The notes under the pieces are model-generated. The model was given only the letters and a program-made list of their open reading frames with translations, was not told the DNA's origin and did no database searches. DNA of 64,000 nucleotides from Chrysomallon squamiferum. Taxonomy: Eukaryota > Animalia > Mollusca. Of the stretch, positions 12,866 through 26,095 are shown piece by piece (positions within the stretch are counted from its first letter, which is position 1; each line of letters begins with the position of its first letter). The translations under genes were made by a program, and so were the position numbers. The DNA lies in assembly GCA_012295275.1 (NCBI GenBank), contig CM022677.1, positions 15,066,001 through 15,130,000 of the forward strand, given 5' to 3'.

Positions 12866-14700
12866 TATAAATTAATAAAAGAACATACCCTGCCACTGTT
12901 GAGAGGTTTCTGAAAACATTCTAACACAGGCCTGACACATTACTTGACACCAGACTGTTGGTTCACATTATCACAAGTCTCTAGTATCCATTCTCTGAAA
13001 CTCGGTGATGATGAAGTAGGGGACAGGGACCTGGGTGCATTCGTCCCACTTTGAATCATGTACAGGACTAGCTTGGTCCATCGAATGTGGCAAGACATCA
13101 CCTGCTGCTCAACTTCCTGGCTGTTGTCTTTGCACACAGCCAATCAAGTCATCTATCAAGTTGTTTTGTTTTGCAGCGTAGCAGATGAAGTCTTTTTACC
13201 AGCATCAGCTTGTTTTCACAAAACTGCAGACTTCAATGGCGCTCTGCCCTTTCCTTCTTGTTCCTGTCTATGCTGAATGTAAACCATTGATTTATCCATA
13301 TTATAGTATTCCAGCAGCACTTGCACTCTACAGAGTGGTTTTGGTCAATGATTGTGTAGCTGGATGAGAAATTTATAAAATATTTCACTCATTTCTGATT
13401 TTTCATAGAAACATTCTTTAAATATATTTGGAATATTTTCTCCTTATACTTTCTGCAATATCCATGCCAATGATGATTTTAATTGGTCCTGGAAAACATC
13501 AAAAATAAATAAATATTAGTAATGATATGAAAAAGCAAATGAATAATAATAATAAAGACCTTATACATTCATGGGTTTATATTGTATGAGTTGAACATGT
13601 TGTAATACATATAGGTGTCATGAAGCAATTAATGTCAACCAGGTACATTATCTGTAGATACAGAGGTAAATATTTTTTGGATGCCGTAGTATTAGTCATA
13701 TTATCTGCATAAGACACCTGCTTCTAAAAATAATCATTTTAATAGTGTGTTGTGCATAGAGATTGTACAGTGTATTAATAAAAATTGTTTGCGAGTTGAC
13801 ACATAGTTGTTGTGTGGTGTTTACTTTGTTTGGTGGGCTACACAATTTCTTTTAAAACAAATTTAATTACTGGCCACACAAAATTTGCCCCGATATATCA
13901 TATTGGTAAAACAAAATTAAGACTATTCTTGTTTATGCTGTTCACATTAGTACAACCACTGGCGAATTTTGATATTAATCGAGTGTCGTTATTTGAAAAA
14001 AAAAAGAAAAGAATTAAAATAAAATAAATAAGAAATAAAAAAATAAATAATAAATAAATAAATATTACACACGAATACAAAAATAATAATAATAATAAAA
14101 TAAATAAATAAATAAATAAAAATATATATATTATTCCAGAAAAAGATGGCTGCCATCAGGTGACTCTGACGTTTAAATTATACTTAAATAAAAAATAAAA
14201 AATCCAAACTCATTATCAGCTATAATAATAAATAGTACTACCTGTCTGCTTCACAAAATGAAATACTTCAGCAACTTTTTTGTTGCATGATAATGCGATT
14301 ACACCAATTCTGTAGAAGATTCTTCGAACGTCAAACAAAAAATTAAATCCGTCAAGTCCCGACAATCATCCCGCATTTTTCCGAAAATAAATCCTAAAAA
14401 AAGAAAGAAAAAGATTTCAAAACAAATAAATAAAATAAAGCAACATAACAACCTTTATTAAAATATACTCGATATGGTTCTTTTTATTATTATTATTATT
14501 TGTTGTTTTTTATTAGCCAATCATTGACGTAAACTTCAAATAAACGGTGTTGTTATTTTTCCCCCTACTTTCTCTTTCTTCTTTTTTATTTATTTATATT
14601 TATACACCAAATAAAATCACCAAATAAAATAAGTTGCATAAGTTGGTTACTATTGATCAGGAATTTACCAGTGTTTGATATAGGATTGAAAACATGGTCT
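12240..14700 (-). pseudogene. Copy 1 of a locally duplicated segment carrying disrupted exons of an unidentified gene (candidate exons ~14242-14394, 12944-13488, 12889-12909, 12539-~12620)
   Basis: Long colinear similarity to 23240-25520; GC-richer blocks bounded by minus-strand AG/GT; stops in all frames. Confidence 0.55.
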
Positions 14701-14834
14701 GAAAAAAAAAATAAAATAAAAAAAAATCGAAAATGTACAACAATGACAACTGAGCGAGACTGGAAACAAATAATCCCATCAAATAAACATTTATTTATCT
14801 TAAAACAAATGTGTGTGTGTGTGTGTGTTGTGTG

Positions 14835-14865
<31 letters not shown>

Positions 14866-15479
14866 GTGTGCGCGCGATCAATGTTTGAACCTGTTCTATC
14901 AGTTCTATTATCAGTATCAAAGTAGAAACTAATCAAATGAAGGGTATATTTCACCTTTTCGGGTGTATTCTTCTGGTGTGCTGAAATGTTAAATAAAAAT
15001 ATTGTTATAAATACAAAAAACAGGAATGTAAAAAAGAAATGTACTTAAGAGAAAAAAGAGTGTGGCTGACTATACTGATTTCGACTGCCTATATTAATGT
15101 TCAGAAAATTGTTAGATTTGATTAGTAAAATAGAAAAACGTAGAAACCTCTACCAAACAAAAGAGAGAAAAAGTAACCAAAAATAAATAAATCACACTCC
15201 ACGTTCACACACAGGTATCTGCATTTTCACCTTTAAAATAAGCTATAGTTTTCTTCAAAACGATTGCGTTTTTCAGCATTTGATCTCAAAGTAAAAATGA
15301 CGACAATTTTCAACTAAAGATTTCCAGTCACGTAGAAAGATCGGCGGGAAATATAAATATGTCGACTAGAAATTCTATCTTGAGTGCGTATCCAGTACTG
15401 AAATTACTGTTATTATTACTGATATTACCACTAATTTACTGCCATTTCTACTTATCTGTCGCCGTTTCTTTATCGATAC

Positions 15480-16710
15480 TATCGCCATTACTTCTAATCT
15501 ATCACTGTTACTTCAGCAATACTACTTCTGGTACTACTAATGTGTCACTGTTACTTCAGCAATACTACTTCTATTACTATTAATCTGTCAGTTACTTCAT
15601 CGATACTTTTGATATTACTACTAATCTGTCACTGTTACTGCGTGAATACTATTGTTATTACTACTAATCTGCCTGTATTACATCAGTGATACTACTGATA
15701 TTACTACTAATCTACAAGTGTTACTTCAGCGATACTACTGTTATCACTACTAATCTACCACTTACTTTAGTGATACTACTGATATGTCACTGTTACTTCA
15801 GTGATACTATCGATATTACTGCTAATCTGCCACCGTTACTTCAGCAATATTACTGCTATTACTACTAATCTATCACTGTTACTTCAGCGATACTACTGTA
15901 TTACTAGTAATCTATCACTGTTACTTCAGCGATACTACTGTATTACTAGTAATCTATCACTGTTACTTCAGCGATACTACTGTATTACTAGTAATCTATC
16001 ACTGTTACTTCAGCGATACTACTGTATTACTAGTAATCTATCACTGTTACTTCAGCGATACTACTGTATTACTAGTAATCTATCACTGTTACTTCAGCGA
16101 TACTACTGTATTACTAGTAATCTATCACTGTTACTTCAGCGATACTACTGCTATTGTTACTAATCTACCATTGTTATTCAGCGATACTACTGCTATTACT
16201 ACTAATCTATCACTGTTACTTCAGCGATACTACTGTATTACTAGTAATCTATCACTGTTACTTCAGCGATACTACTGTATTACTAGTAATCTATCACTGT
16301 TACTTCAGCGATACTACTGCCATTGTTACTAATCTACCATTGTTATTCAGCGATACTACTGATATTACTACTAATCACTTTTACTCCAGCAATACCACTG
16401 CTATTATTACTAATATGTCACTGTTACATCAGCCATACTACTAATATTACCACTAATCTGCGACTTCTACTTCAGAGATATTACTGATATTACTACTATG
16501 TCACTGCTACTTCAGATATATTACTGATATTACTACTAATATGTCACTGTTACTTCAGCCATACTACTGATATTACTACTAATATGTCACTGTTACTTCA
16601 GCCATACTACTGATATTACTACTAATCTGTCATTAATATTACTAATATTTCAGCCATACTACTGATATTACTACTAATCTGTCACTGTTATTTCAACCAT
16701 ACTACTGATA
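15480..16710 (+). repeat. 42-bp minisatellite (TACTACTGTATTACTAGTAATCTATCACTGTTACTTCAGCGA), homogeneous core 15860-16150, degenerate flanks
   Basis: 14-aa periodicity (YYCITSNLSLLLQR) in ORF 15801-16163; directly visible. Confidence 0.92.
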
Positions 16711-16961
16711 TATAAATGGAATATAAAACATGCATTATAACTTTAGAAATGTTCTGTTTAATGCTTTACTGTTGTGGTTATCAATATACCTAATGTAATT
16801 CATTAGCCATAAAGTTCCACTAAATCATTAACAACTGAATGTTTTTGTTTTTTATGCGTGTTTTTTTTTTTTTTTTTTTTTTTTTTTTCAGAGAAATCCA
16901 TAATATTATTTGAGTCATTTCTTACTTTTGTAGGCAGAGAAGTATAATTATTGCTTGTTAC

Positions 16962-17111
16962 CTGGACACAAGACATTTGTTTCACATGCTTCTTGAAGAT
17001 TCCTCTTCGTATCTGTGCATGTTCGTATCTCAAATCTTATTCTAGTGCCTCTACATGTTTCACTACAACTACCCAGTCTCTGAAGTGGCCATTCAGACCA
17101 GGCACCATCAA
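16962..17111 (-). CDS. Single phase 1-1 exon encoding a thrombospondin type-1 repeat; host gene and functionality unknown
   Basis: VDGAWSEWPLQRLGSCSETCRGTRIRFEIRTCTD..QEACETNVLCP has WSxW, CSxTC and RxRxC motifs; acceptor TTTCACGCTTATAG, donor GTAACA; 150 nt, open. Confidence 0.75.
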
Positions 17112-17267
17112 CTATAAGCGTGAAATTAAAGAATAAATACATTAATATAAAAATAAATATATTAAAATGAATTAAATATTCTTTAATTGCGCTTGAATAT
17201 TGAATATTCTTAAATATCTTTAAGACAGGTTATTGATCAGACATGCAAAATTATCTATGAATTAATG

Positions 17268-17949
17268 CAGAGGTTCTCAATCATTTTTTGCCAACGGCAC
17301 ACCTGGCTAAATATATATGAAAAATATTTGAATTTTGCAAAATAAAAACATGGCAAGTCATAGACGGCTTACAACCGTACACACAGACTAGTCATAGACA
17401 CATAGAATGACTCAAACTCAATAAAGAAAAACACAGCTATACTTCACTGCAGTGTTTCGAATGTTATGTCAAATAGCTGGCTTCTTTAGTGAGAAATTTG
17501 TGCCTGGCATTTTTTCATAATTTCCTCAGTGTTTGGTCGAATATGAGACAGACATACCCTCATTTCTGCTTTCGTTGTAGTAATATCTCGTGCTTCATGT
17601 TTTTGATGTTGCCTAATTCACATATATAAGGAGTTGAAAATTGTAATAAAATTGCTAAAACTCTTTTACATAATATGGGATACACCTCTTGTATTGAAAT
17701 CCAAAATGAATCAATGGGCAGAGTCGAATGTTTTAATTTTAAGGTCAATAGAAAGGGCGGCCATTTCTTCTTCTTCCTGTAACTCAAGTTCAATGTAGGA
17801 TCTGTAATCCAATCATACTTTTCTGTCTTTAATGACGGAAAGTAATTGTTGATGCTTTCGTCCAGGGCTGTCAGATTTTCTTAGTGTGCCGTTCAAAATG
17901 TTGCGGCTCACATAGGAAGATCTTGTGGCACACTGGTTGAGAATCACTG
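17268..17949 (-). mobile_element. Non-autonomous hAT element (Buster/Charlie-like) with transposase C-terminal remnant
   Basis: TIRs CAGAGGTTCTCAA...TTGAGAATCACTG; perfect 8-bp TSD AATTAATG (17260-17267, 17950-17957); hAT dimerisation motif FWISIQEVYPILCKRVLAILLQFSTPYICELG. Confidence 0.92.
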
Positions 17950-18519
17950 AATTAATGTTATACTAATCATGTTATAAGGCAGAATATTGATAAACATTAT
18001 TTACACCTCAAAGTATTTGTGTAAACTGTTTAACAAATATAAATTGATTGACAAGATAAATATATGTAATTATTTAAAATCATATTACAAAAATCATTTT
18101 TAAAATCTCTAGTAATGCTTGCAGGAGGCACTGGATTGGAAAATGGATGAAAAACAAATAAAAAATAAAGAAATGCATAGCTTAATTTATGTGTTTGTTG
18201 TATGCAAATGTGTGCACCAACAAACACCAATGTAAACACACATCATGGATTCATATATATTGTATTTATACTCGTCAATATTCAGTCGATTTTCACAAGC
18301 TTACCTCTATCAGACAGTGTGTAAGTGCATGCGTGCATGTGTATGTATGTGTATGCACGGATACGTTTCTTTATTTTCAGTCAGTAAACAAAAACAATAT
18401 TACTTTTTTTTAATATTTAATTACCAGTTTAATCTTAAAAGCCCCTAGTGCTTATACAAACTTCAGCCTGTGTTTATCTGTAGCTCCATCCATATGCAGG
18501 ACAGACAGTCGGTGTGTGG

Positions 18520-19030
18520 GTGACTAGGGCAGGGGGGGGGGTGGATAGGATAAAAACGGGTGAACTTAGGGTCCCCGACAGAAAAGGTGAACACATGCCC
18601 TCCCGCCCTACCCCGGAAGCACGGGCTGTCTGCCAGGGGAAAGTGTTCTATTTTTATCTATCCGCCCCCTGCCTTAGTCCCCGGCATTTTTCGAGATTCC
18701 ATTTATCCCATATGGATAATTAGCGCACGTAAGCTTAGTGAGTACATCTCACGTAAGGCTAAAGTTGCGAGCACATATCACTAAAGGGAAATAACTCTAA
18801 TCGATATAATTTTACTTTAGTGAGTACATGTCACGTAAGGGAGATAACTGTAATCAGTACAATTTTCACTTTGCTTATCTCTAATCTATGTTTGTGAATG
18901 TATATCACTAAAGGGAGATAAGTCTAATCGATATCATTTTTAATTTGTTTACTGAGTATATCTCATGTAAGGGACCTAACTCTAATCTATGTTTGTGAGC
19001 ACATATCACTAAACTGTAATCAGTATAGCC
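18520..19030. mobile_element. MITE-like fragment: GC-rich inverted repeat (18520-18682) followed by degenerate repeats containing AAAGGGAGATAACTCT
   Basis: GACTAGGGCAGGG..GTGGATAGGATAAAAA pairs with TTTTTATCTATCCGCCCCCTGCCTTAGTC; the AAGGGA(G/A)ATAACT motif recurs about 4 times. Confidence 0.45.
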
Positions 19031-19375
19031 TTTACTTCGCCGAGTAAACTCCTCCCACCTCTGGTGACACATCATGGGGTATGACCCATGTTATATATAA
19101 AGAAAGGGATGTTTCCACAATATTTCGTAGATGAATCTGGAATCGGAAAGTTCTGCTGATGTCTCCAAAAACGCCGGCATTCAATCCCTGTGAACATGCT
19201 TATAAGAAACATTAAAGTTTGAACTTGGTTCAGTACTTTCACAAGCTGTGAGGGTGGGGTACTAGGGCAGAGGGTTATGGGCCATGCGTTTTTATTTCTT
19301 AAACTATTTTTTTTATTATTGTTCTGCTGTTACAATCTTCTATATTGAATAAAAAATGTCTTAATAATAGTTACC

Positions 19376-19949
19376 AGCGAATATATTCACAAATAGAGTT
19401 ATTTCCCTTCAATATGTTTGTTTAAAAATGTACCAAAGGGGACATAACTCTATCCGAGTTTATTCGTTTTCATGTTAAAGGGAGATAAATCTATACAGGA
19501 ATGTGTTCGCTGTAACTTGAATAATCAAGGAGAAAATTGTACCAAAGGGGACATAACTCTATCCGAGAGGTTATTCGTTTTCATGTTAAAGGGAGATAAA
19601 TCTATACAGGAATATGTTCGTCTTAACCTGAATAATCAAGGAGAAAAATGTACTAAAGGGGACATAACTCTATCCGAGAGGTTATTCGTTTTCATGTTAA
19701 AGGGAGATAAATCTAAACAGGAATATGTTCGTTTTGACCTGAATAATCACGGGGGAAAATATAACAAAGGGGATATAACTCTATATAGGAATATGTTAGC
19801 TGTAACCTGAATAATCAAGAGAAAAATGTAACAAAGGGGAGATAACTATCCGAGAAGTTATTCGTTTTCATGTTAAATGGAGATAACTCTATATAGGAAT
19901 ATATTCGTTTCATGTTAAAGGGAGATAACTCTATGTGAATATATTCGCT
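19376..19949. mobile_element. MITE-like element: ~33-bp TIRs enclosing a 111-bp tandem array (~4.5 copies)
   Basis: AGCGAATATATTCACAAATAGAGTTATTTCCCTT versus AAGGGAGATAACTCTATGTGAATATATTCGCT; 37-aa periodicity in ORF 19472-19810. Confidence 0.7.
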
Positions 19950-20299
19950 TGTGATTAATGTTCAGGTATATTTTCAATCAATGGAATCCAATAATTTAAT
20001 TGAATTTAATTAGTGGACACTCTTTAATCATTTCACAGATATAATGATTTTTAAAGCGCGGAATGTAACATCAATTCAGGTGTTTAAAAGTGTAATTAAG
20101 TGTGTTTGTGTGTGTGTGTGTGTGTGTGATTGTTGTTTGTTTTTATTTTTGTTGTTGATATTATTGCTAACACTGTTATTTTTTTTTTCTGTTTATAATC
20201 ATTACTATTTTTATTATTGTTATTATTGCTAATATTGGTGTTATAGCTGTTGCTTTTGCTGTTGGTTAATTTTGCTTTAGGCAGAAAGGATAAGTTTGT

Positions 20300-20862
20300 G
20301 TGGAGAGAAGAAAGCGAGTTACAGAGAGTTAAAGAGAAAAAGACAGATAAAAACACACGGAGAGAGATACAGACAGACAGATAGACAGAGAGAGACAGAT
20401 ATACAGATAGTGTCAGAGAGACAGAGAGAAAAAGTGAGTCAGACAGACATAGACAGTTGGAGAGACAAAGAGAGAAAGACAGTGAGATAAAGAGAGACAG
20501 ATAGGGACTGAGACAGAGGGAGAAAGAGAGGGACATGGGGAGATAGAGACATAGGGAGACAGAGAGAGATAGAGACAGGGAGAGAGACAGAGAGAGACAG
20601 AAATACCGAGAGTCAGAGAGAGAAAGAGAGATAAAGAGATATAGCAGAGAGAAAAAGAGAGATTCAGAGAGATTCTGAGAGACACAGAGACTGAGGGAGA
20701 AAGAGATTCAGAGAGAGACAGAGAGATATAGACAGAGACCGAGCCAGAGAGTGGAAGAGAGAGACAGAGATAGACAGAGATAGAGAGAAAGAGAGACAGT
20801 GATAGTGGGAAAGAGAGACAGAGAGAGCAAGTCAGAGAGACAGACACAGAGGCTGAGAGAGT
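20300..20862. repeat. Degenerate (GA)/(GACA)/(GATA) purine-rich microsatellite
   Basis: Directly visible. Confidence 0.9.
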
Positions 20863-22996
20863 CGCATGTTTTATTTTAGTTTATTATTATTGTTGTTGTT
20901 GTTGTGGTGATGGTTGTTGTTATTGCTATTATATATTTTTAAATAATTTATTTAAAATGCTATTTGAGCTGATAAAGAAAAAAAAAGCAAACAAAAAACA
21001 ACATTAATATCCCTTCCCTGCAAACCACATAAGTATAAAATCCACCGATCTGTCTTGTATCTGATTACATGAAAGGTTTTCCAAGCTGGTCAAGAAAATC
21101 CTCTGAAATGCTGGATCCAAAGTTTGTGCTGGTGGTTTGATAGCTATATTTAAACAACTATCTTGTTTCCTACTATTTGTTGGTCAATTTTGTGGATTTT
21201 GTACATTCCCCTTCTTTTTAGCCAGATTTATCTAAATAAACAAATATAGAAAGAAAAATTAATAAAAGAAAAATAAATTAACAAAAATAAAAAATGAGCA
21301 TCAAGTTTATCATTCTAAATCTTAACATAAATTATTTAAATGATTATTTTTTTTACCTATTTCAGGCTAGGAGTATTTGATTAATTTGTACAATAAAATC
21401 TTTGGGAAGAAAATTTTCAGTCATGAAAAATTATTATAAATTATCAATGAATTATACTTTAGCAATGTTTTAATACTGACTGGATATAATGGTAACATTT
21501 GAGAAGCAGCAAAAATAACTTTAAAAAAGACTAAATCCTTTACCTGAGCAAACCTTACAATTAATGAGTTAAAACCTTGATAAAAAATATAATTTTTATA
21601 GGCGTGCATTACAGAAATCAAAATAATGAGAATTCTACCATTTTAACTAAGTCTGTGTGAAATTAATATTTCCCATAAAATTATTATTATGGCTCTTGTT
21701 TTAAAACATATAGAAAAAAAAAAAAAGTATTACTATAAAACATATCAAGACCACTTACTTCAGAACAGTTCTCTGTTTTATTGATTTCCTCTGTCCGGCT
21801 AGTAACTGTATCAGATGAATTTGTCAGCTTCAGGTTTTTTTTCTCAAAATCACCTGCAAAACCAGAAATATTTATTTTCAGCTTGCACAAGATTACTTAT
21901 TTAGCAATTTTGGAAGTAAAGCTGGATTAGCCACAGTTAACAAACTCAAAATGGTTTCCAGCTTACAGTTTGTTCTATCTGTATTCACTGAGTATATTTC
22001 TCTCTTTTATTTCCTATTTCTTCTTGAACTTCTACAATGATCTAGCAGACTGTTTTGGCAGGCATCCCAGCTACTAATAATTATTTATGATGAGCCTAAA
22101 ACTGTGACAGGAATATATCTCATAGATAAAAACCAAAACCAAATTCATAAATAAAAATTAAGAAAGACATTTAATCCCAAATCTAAACTAATTACTTCTG
22201 CTAGTTAAACTCTTCAAAGGAATGAAGGTCAGATCTATATCTGATGGATGCTATTAATTGCTAATGGAACTGTACTAAGTCACCTGCTGCTGAACTTCAA
22301 GCCTTTTGTCTTTGCCATGCACATGGTTTTTCTTTCCCTGGTTTTAGCATGTTCAAGTTTTTCAAAAAAATTTTCTCCTGATATTTGACTGTTGAGATTG
22401 GTGACTGGTGTAAGACTCTCCAACTTAAGAATTGACGTGGTCGGCTTCAATGTCCATGTCTGAGTCAGAGTCACATTGGTGGTGCACAGCCTAGTTTGAG
22501 TAAATAAATAAATAAATAAAATACTGTAAAAAAATATAAAATAAATAAAACACTGCTACTGCAACACTATATGCTACTTTTATTAACATCATTACTGTAA
22601 CTAAAATTTACTATTATTCCTTATTCAACTTGGGTAACTGTTATTAAAATAATACTCCTATTACTAAAATTACAATCCATAATAATAAAAGTTATATTTT
22701 TTACTCTCTTCACCATTACTCCTATGCCTGTATTTCTTTACTCAAATATACTACGTTACTACAACAAGTAGTATTATTATTACAAGTACTAATGCTGTAA
22801 CAACTACATTACTACAACAATGACTAATACAACTGCTATAACAACAACCTCTATAGATGCTCCTGTTCTGCCATATTCTTTGATGACATTTCTCTCCTAT
22901 GGTGACTCACTAAATTAGCTCTTCTTGTGGACAGAGCAGTTTCTGAAAAACAACAGTCTTTTTTTTATTTACCTTTGTAGTTATATATGCATCTGT

Positions 22997-23070
<74 letters not shown>

Positions 23071-23239
23071 GAGAGACAGAGAGACAGAGATTTAGAATAA
23101 TTCCAGTGGCAGCAAACTTTATCCTCAGTGCTGGACAGGAGCTTCTACTGAAACAACTTCACTAGCCAACATCAGTGCATCAATTAGAGCTGTATGTGTA
23201 TTCTGAAAATAAAAATATACATATAAAATAATAAAAATA

Positions 23240-25520
23240 ATAAAGTGTTAAAAATAAATAACTAATGTTTCTGTTATTATTTAAATTTTACTGTTATCAG
23301 TTATTGGATTATTCAGACACAAAGGGATGTGGGATATTTTTGATATACTTTGTATAATCATTATAATGATAATGATAATAATGATAATAATTTAAATAAT
23401 TAACAAAACAATATCAAACAAATGATTATTATTATGCTATTTTACAATCAGTAAAGAGTTGTTACTATAAAACTTATTTTATTTGCTAAGAAATAAAAAT
23501 AAGATAAAAAACTTACAACTTGGAATTGTGTTGTCTGAATCAGGTACAGGACTAGCTCGGTCCTTCGAACTGTCAATGTGGCGACACATCACTCTCATGA
23601 ATGTTGCCTTCCTGAGTCTCATCTTGTTCTGCTGCAGCTACAGCCTTTGTTTTCTTCTCTCTCTTTTCTTTATCTTCTCATCCAGCTTCATTCTCAGAGC
23701 AGCAAGTTCAGATGTCACCTGCTGCTCAACTTTCTGGTTGTTGTCTTTGCCATCGCAGTCATCTGCCAAGTTGTTTTGTTTGGCAGCAGATGAAGTCTTT
23801 TTAACAGCATCAGCTTGTTTTCACAAAAAAGCAGACTTCAATGGTGCTCTGCCCTTTCCTTCTTGTTCCTGTCTATGCTGAATGTAAACCATCAGTATAT
23901 CATATTACAGTATTCCAGCAGCACTTGCACTCTACAGTATGATCAATGATTGTGTAGCTGGATAGGAAATTTATAAAATATTTCACTTACATCTGATTTT
24001 TTACAGAACCATTCTTTAAATTCATTTGGAACATTTTCTCCACATGACCTAGAAAACATAAAAAATAAAAGGTTATTAGTAATGATATGAAAAATAAAAT
24101 GGATAATAATAATAAAGATCACAAAAATAATAATAATAAAAATAAAACAATAATAATAATAAAAAGTAGTAATAATAATAAGAGAAGAAGAAGATGAAAA
24201 AGAAGGAACTACAACAAAACAAAACAAAGTGTAAATAAATAAATTAAAATTGACCATTAAGAAAAGAAGAGAAACAAAGAACAGGATAACAAATTATTTG
24301 AGTGTTTATTTGTGTGTTAAATATTTTTTTTATAAATAATTTTATTAATATTTTATAGCATCATCTACATAAGAAATAACCTGGTCATGTATTTCTTAAA
24401 TTTGTATTCCTCTTTATTTGTTTTTAGTGTTAACATAGAGCTATACAGGTATTTAGCTTAAATAATATGAAAGCATTTAGCGACCCACCCATTATAAAGT
24501 TTAATATGTTTAATAATTATAGAGAAAGTCAGCAATTTAACCTAAATCTTTAAAAATAATAAATCATAAATAAACTGACTGAAAACAACCTGTCAAACAA
24601 AATTAGCATATTTTCTTTTAATAGTTTTATTAGTTTATTTCAACAACAACAACAAAAAAAATAATAATAATAATAAATAAATAAAAAATAAAAAATAAAA
24701 AAATAAATAATAACAATAGCAATAACAATAATACTAATAATAATTTTAAATTCTCTGTGATTTGTTGTGTGGTGTTTCCTTTGGTGTGTGCTACACAAGT
24801 CAATTTATTTTAAAACAAATTTAATTACTGGCCACTCAAAATTTGCTGATACATCACGACGTTGTTTATGTTGTTCACATTAGTACAACCACTGGTGAAT
24901 GTTATTATTAATCGAGTGTCGTTATTTGAAAAAATTATAAATAAATAAATAAAAAATATTGTTCTCAAATAATATGGCTGCCATCAGTTGTCTATGACTT
25001 TTAAATTATAATTAAATAAAACGAAAAAATCCAAACACATTAACATTTATAATAAAAAATAGTAATACCTGTCTCCTTCACAAAATCAAATACTTTAAAC
25101 AACTATATTTTAATGCGATTACACCAATTCTGTAGAAAATTCTTCGAACACTAAACAAAAAAGTAAGTCCGTAAAGACCGACAATCATCCCGCATTTTTC
25201 TGCATATACAATCCCCCCCCCAAAAAAAATAAAATAAATAAAAATAAAATTAAAATAATGTTCAAAACAAATAAAATAAAATAAAGGAACATCACAACCT
25301 TTATTAAAATATATTTATTTTATTTATTTATTTATATTTTTTTTATCTTATTATTAGCCAATCGTTGACCGTAAACTTCAACTAAACGGTGTTTTTATTT
25401 TTTTTCCCCCTACTTTTTCTTTCTTCTTCTTATTTATATTAATGCACCAAATAAAATCACAAAACTTACAACTCACACTACAAGTTGCTTATTATTGTGC
25501 AGGAATTTACCAATGTTTGA
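23240..25520 (-). pseudogene. Copy 2 of the duplicated segment; disrupted exon 23516-24047 with a coiled-coil-like stretch
   Basis: Colinear with 12240-14700; minus frame reads SCGENVPNEFKEWFCKKSDVSEIFYKFPIQLHNH*...EQQVTSELAALRMKLDEKIKKREKK with internal TGA codons. Confidence 0.55.
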
Positions 25521-25699
25521 TATCCTATTCTAAAATGTATTATACCATTTCTATCAATATCACCATCGTTGCCGTCGTAACGGCGTTGTTTCTAGCTTTC
25601 TAGAGTCCTTCTCATTATTCTTTAGCGGGCGAATCGTCTCTTCAAATACATTATTGTGATTTCTAGTAATGTCGCCGTCGTTCCAGTATTAACGTCTTG

Positions 25700-26095
25700 G
25701 TTAATATCACACGTCACTGTACAGTATTTCTTTACTTAATACTACTAATATCACGTCACAGTTTTTATTTACTTAATATCGCGTTACTGTACATATTTAT
25801 TTTACTTAATTTCTGCTACTATTACGTTACGGTTCAGTATTTATTTACTTAATACTGCTACTATCACGTTACTATACAGTGTTTATTTAGTTAACGCTGC
25901 AAATACCACGTTCGTGTACAGTATTTATTTACATAATACTGCTAATGTCACGTTACTGTACAGTATTTATTTACATAATACTGCTAATGTCACGTTACTG
26001 TACAGTGTTTATTTACATAATACTGCTAATGTCACGTTACTGTACAGTGTTTATTTACATAATACTGCTAATGTCACTATACAGTATTTATTTAC
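25700..26095 (+). repeat. 42-bp minisatellite (GTACAGTATTTATTTACATAATACTGCTAATGTCACGTTACT)
   Basis: 14-aa periodicity in ORF 25914-26099; degenerate 5' copies. Confidence 0.88.

Noticed and set aside
15801-16444. Repeat protein (YYCITSNLSLLLQR)n
   Set aside because: A 42-bp minisatellite that is open by chance; no splice or start context.
19472-19810. 37-aa repeat protein
   Set aside because: Translation of the 111-bp array inside a TIR-bounded element.
23483-23881. Plus-strand multi-pass membrane protein ORF
   Set aside because: Antisense shadow of the minus-strand Lys/Glu-rich exon; the splice signals are on the minus strand.
13180-23950. Selenoprotein or readthrough gene, because two in-frame TGA codons are shared by both duplicate copies
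   Set aside because: Other stops and deletions are also present, no redox motif or SECIS was recognised, and shared stops are explained by duplication after pseudogenisation.
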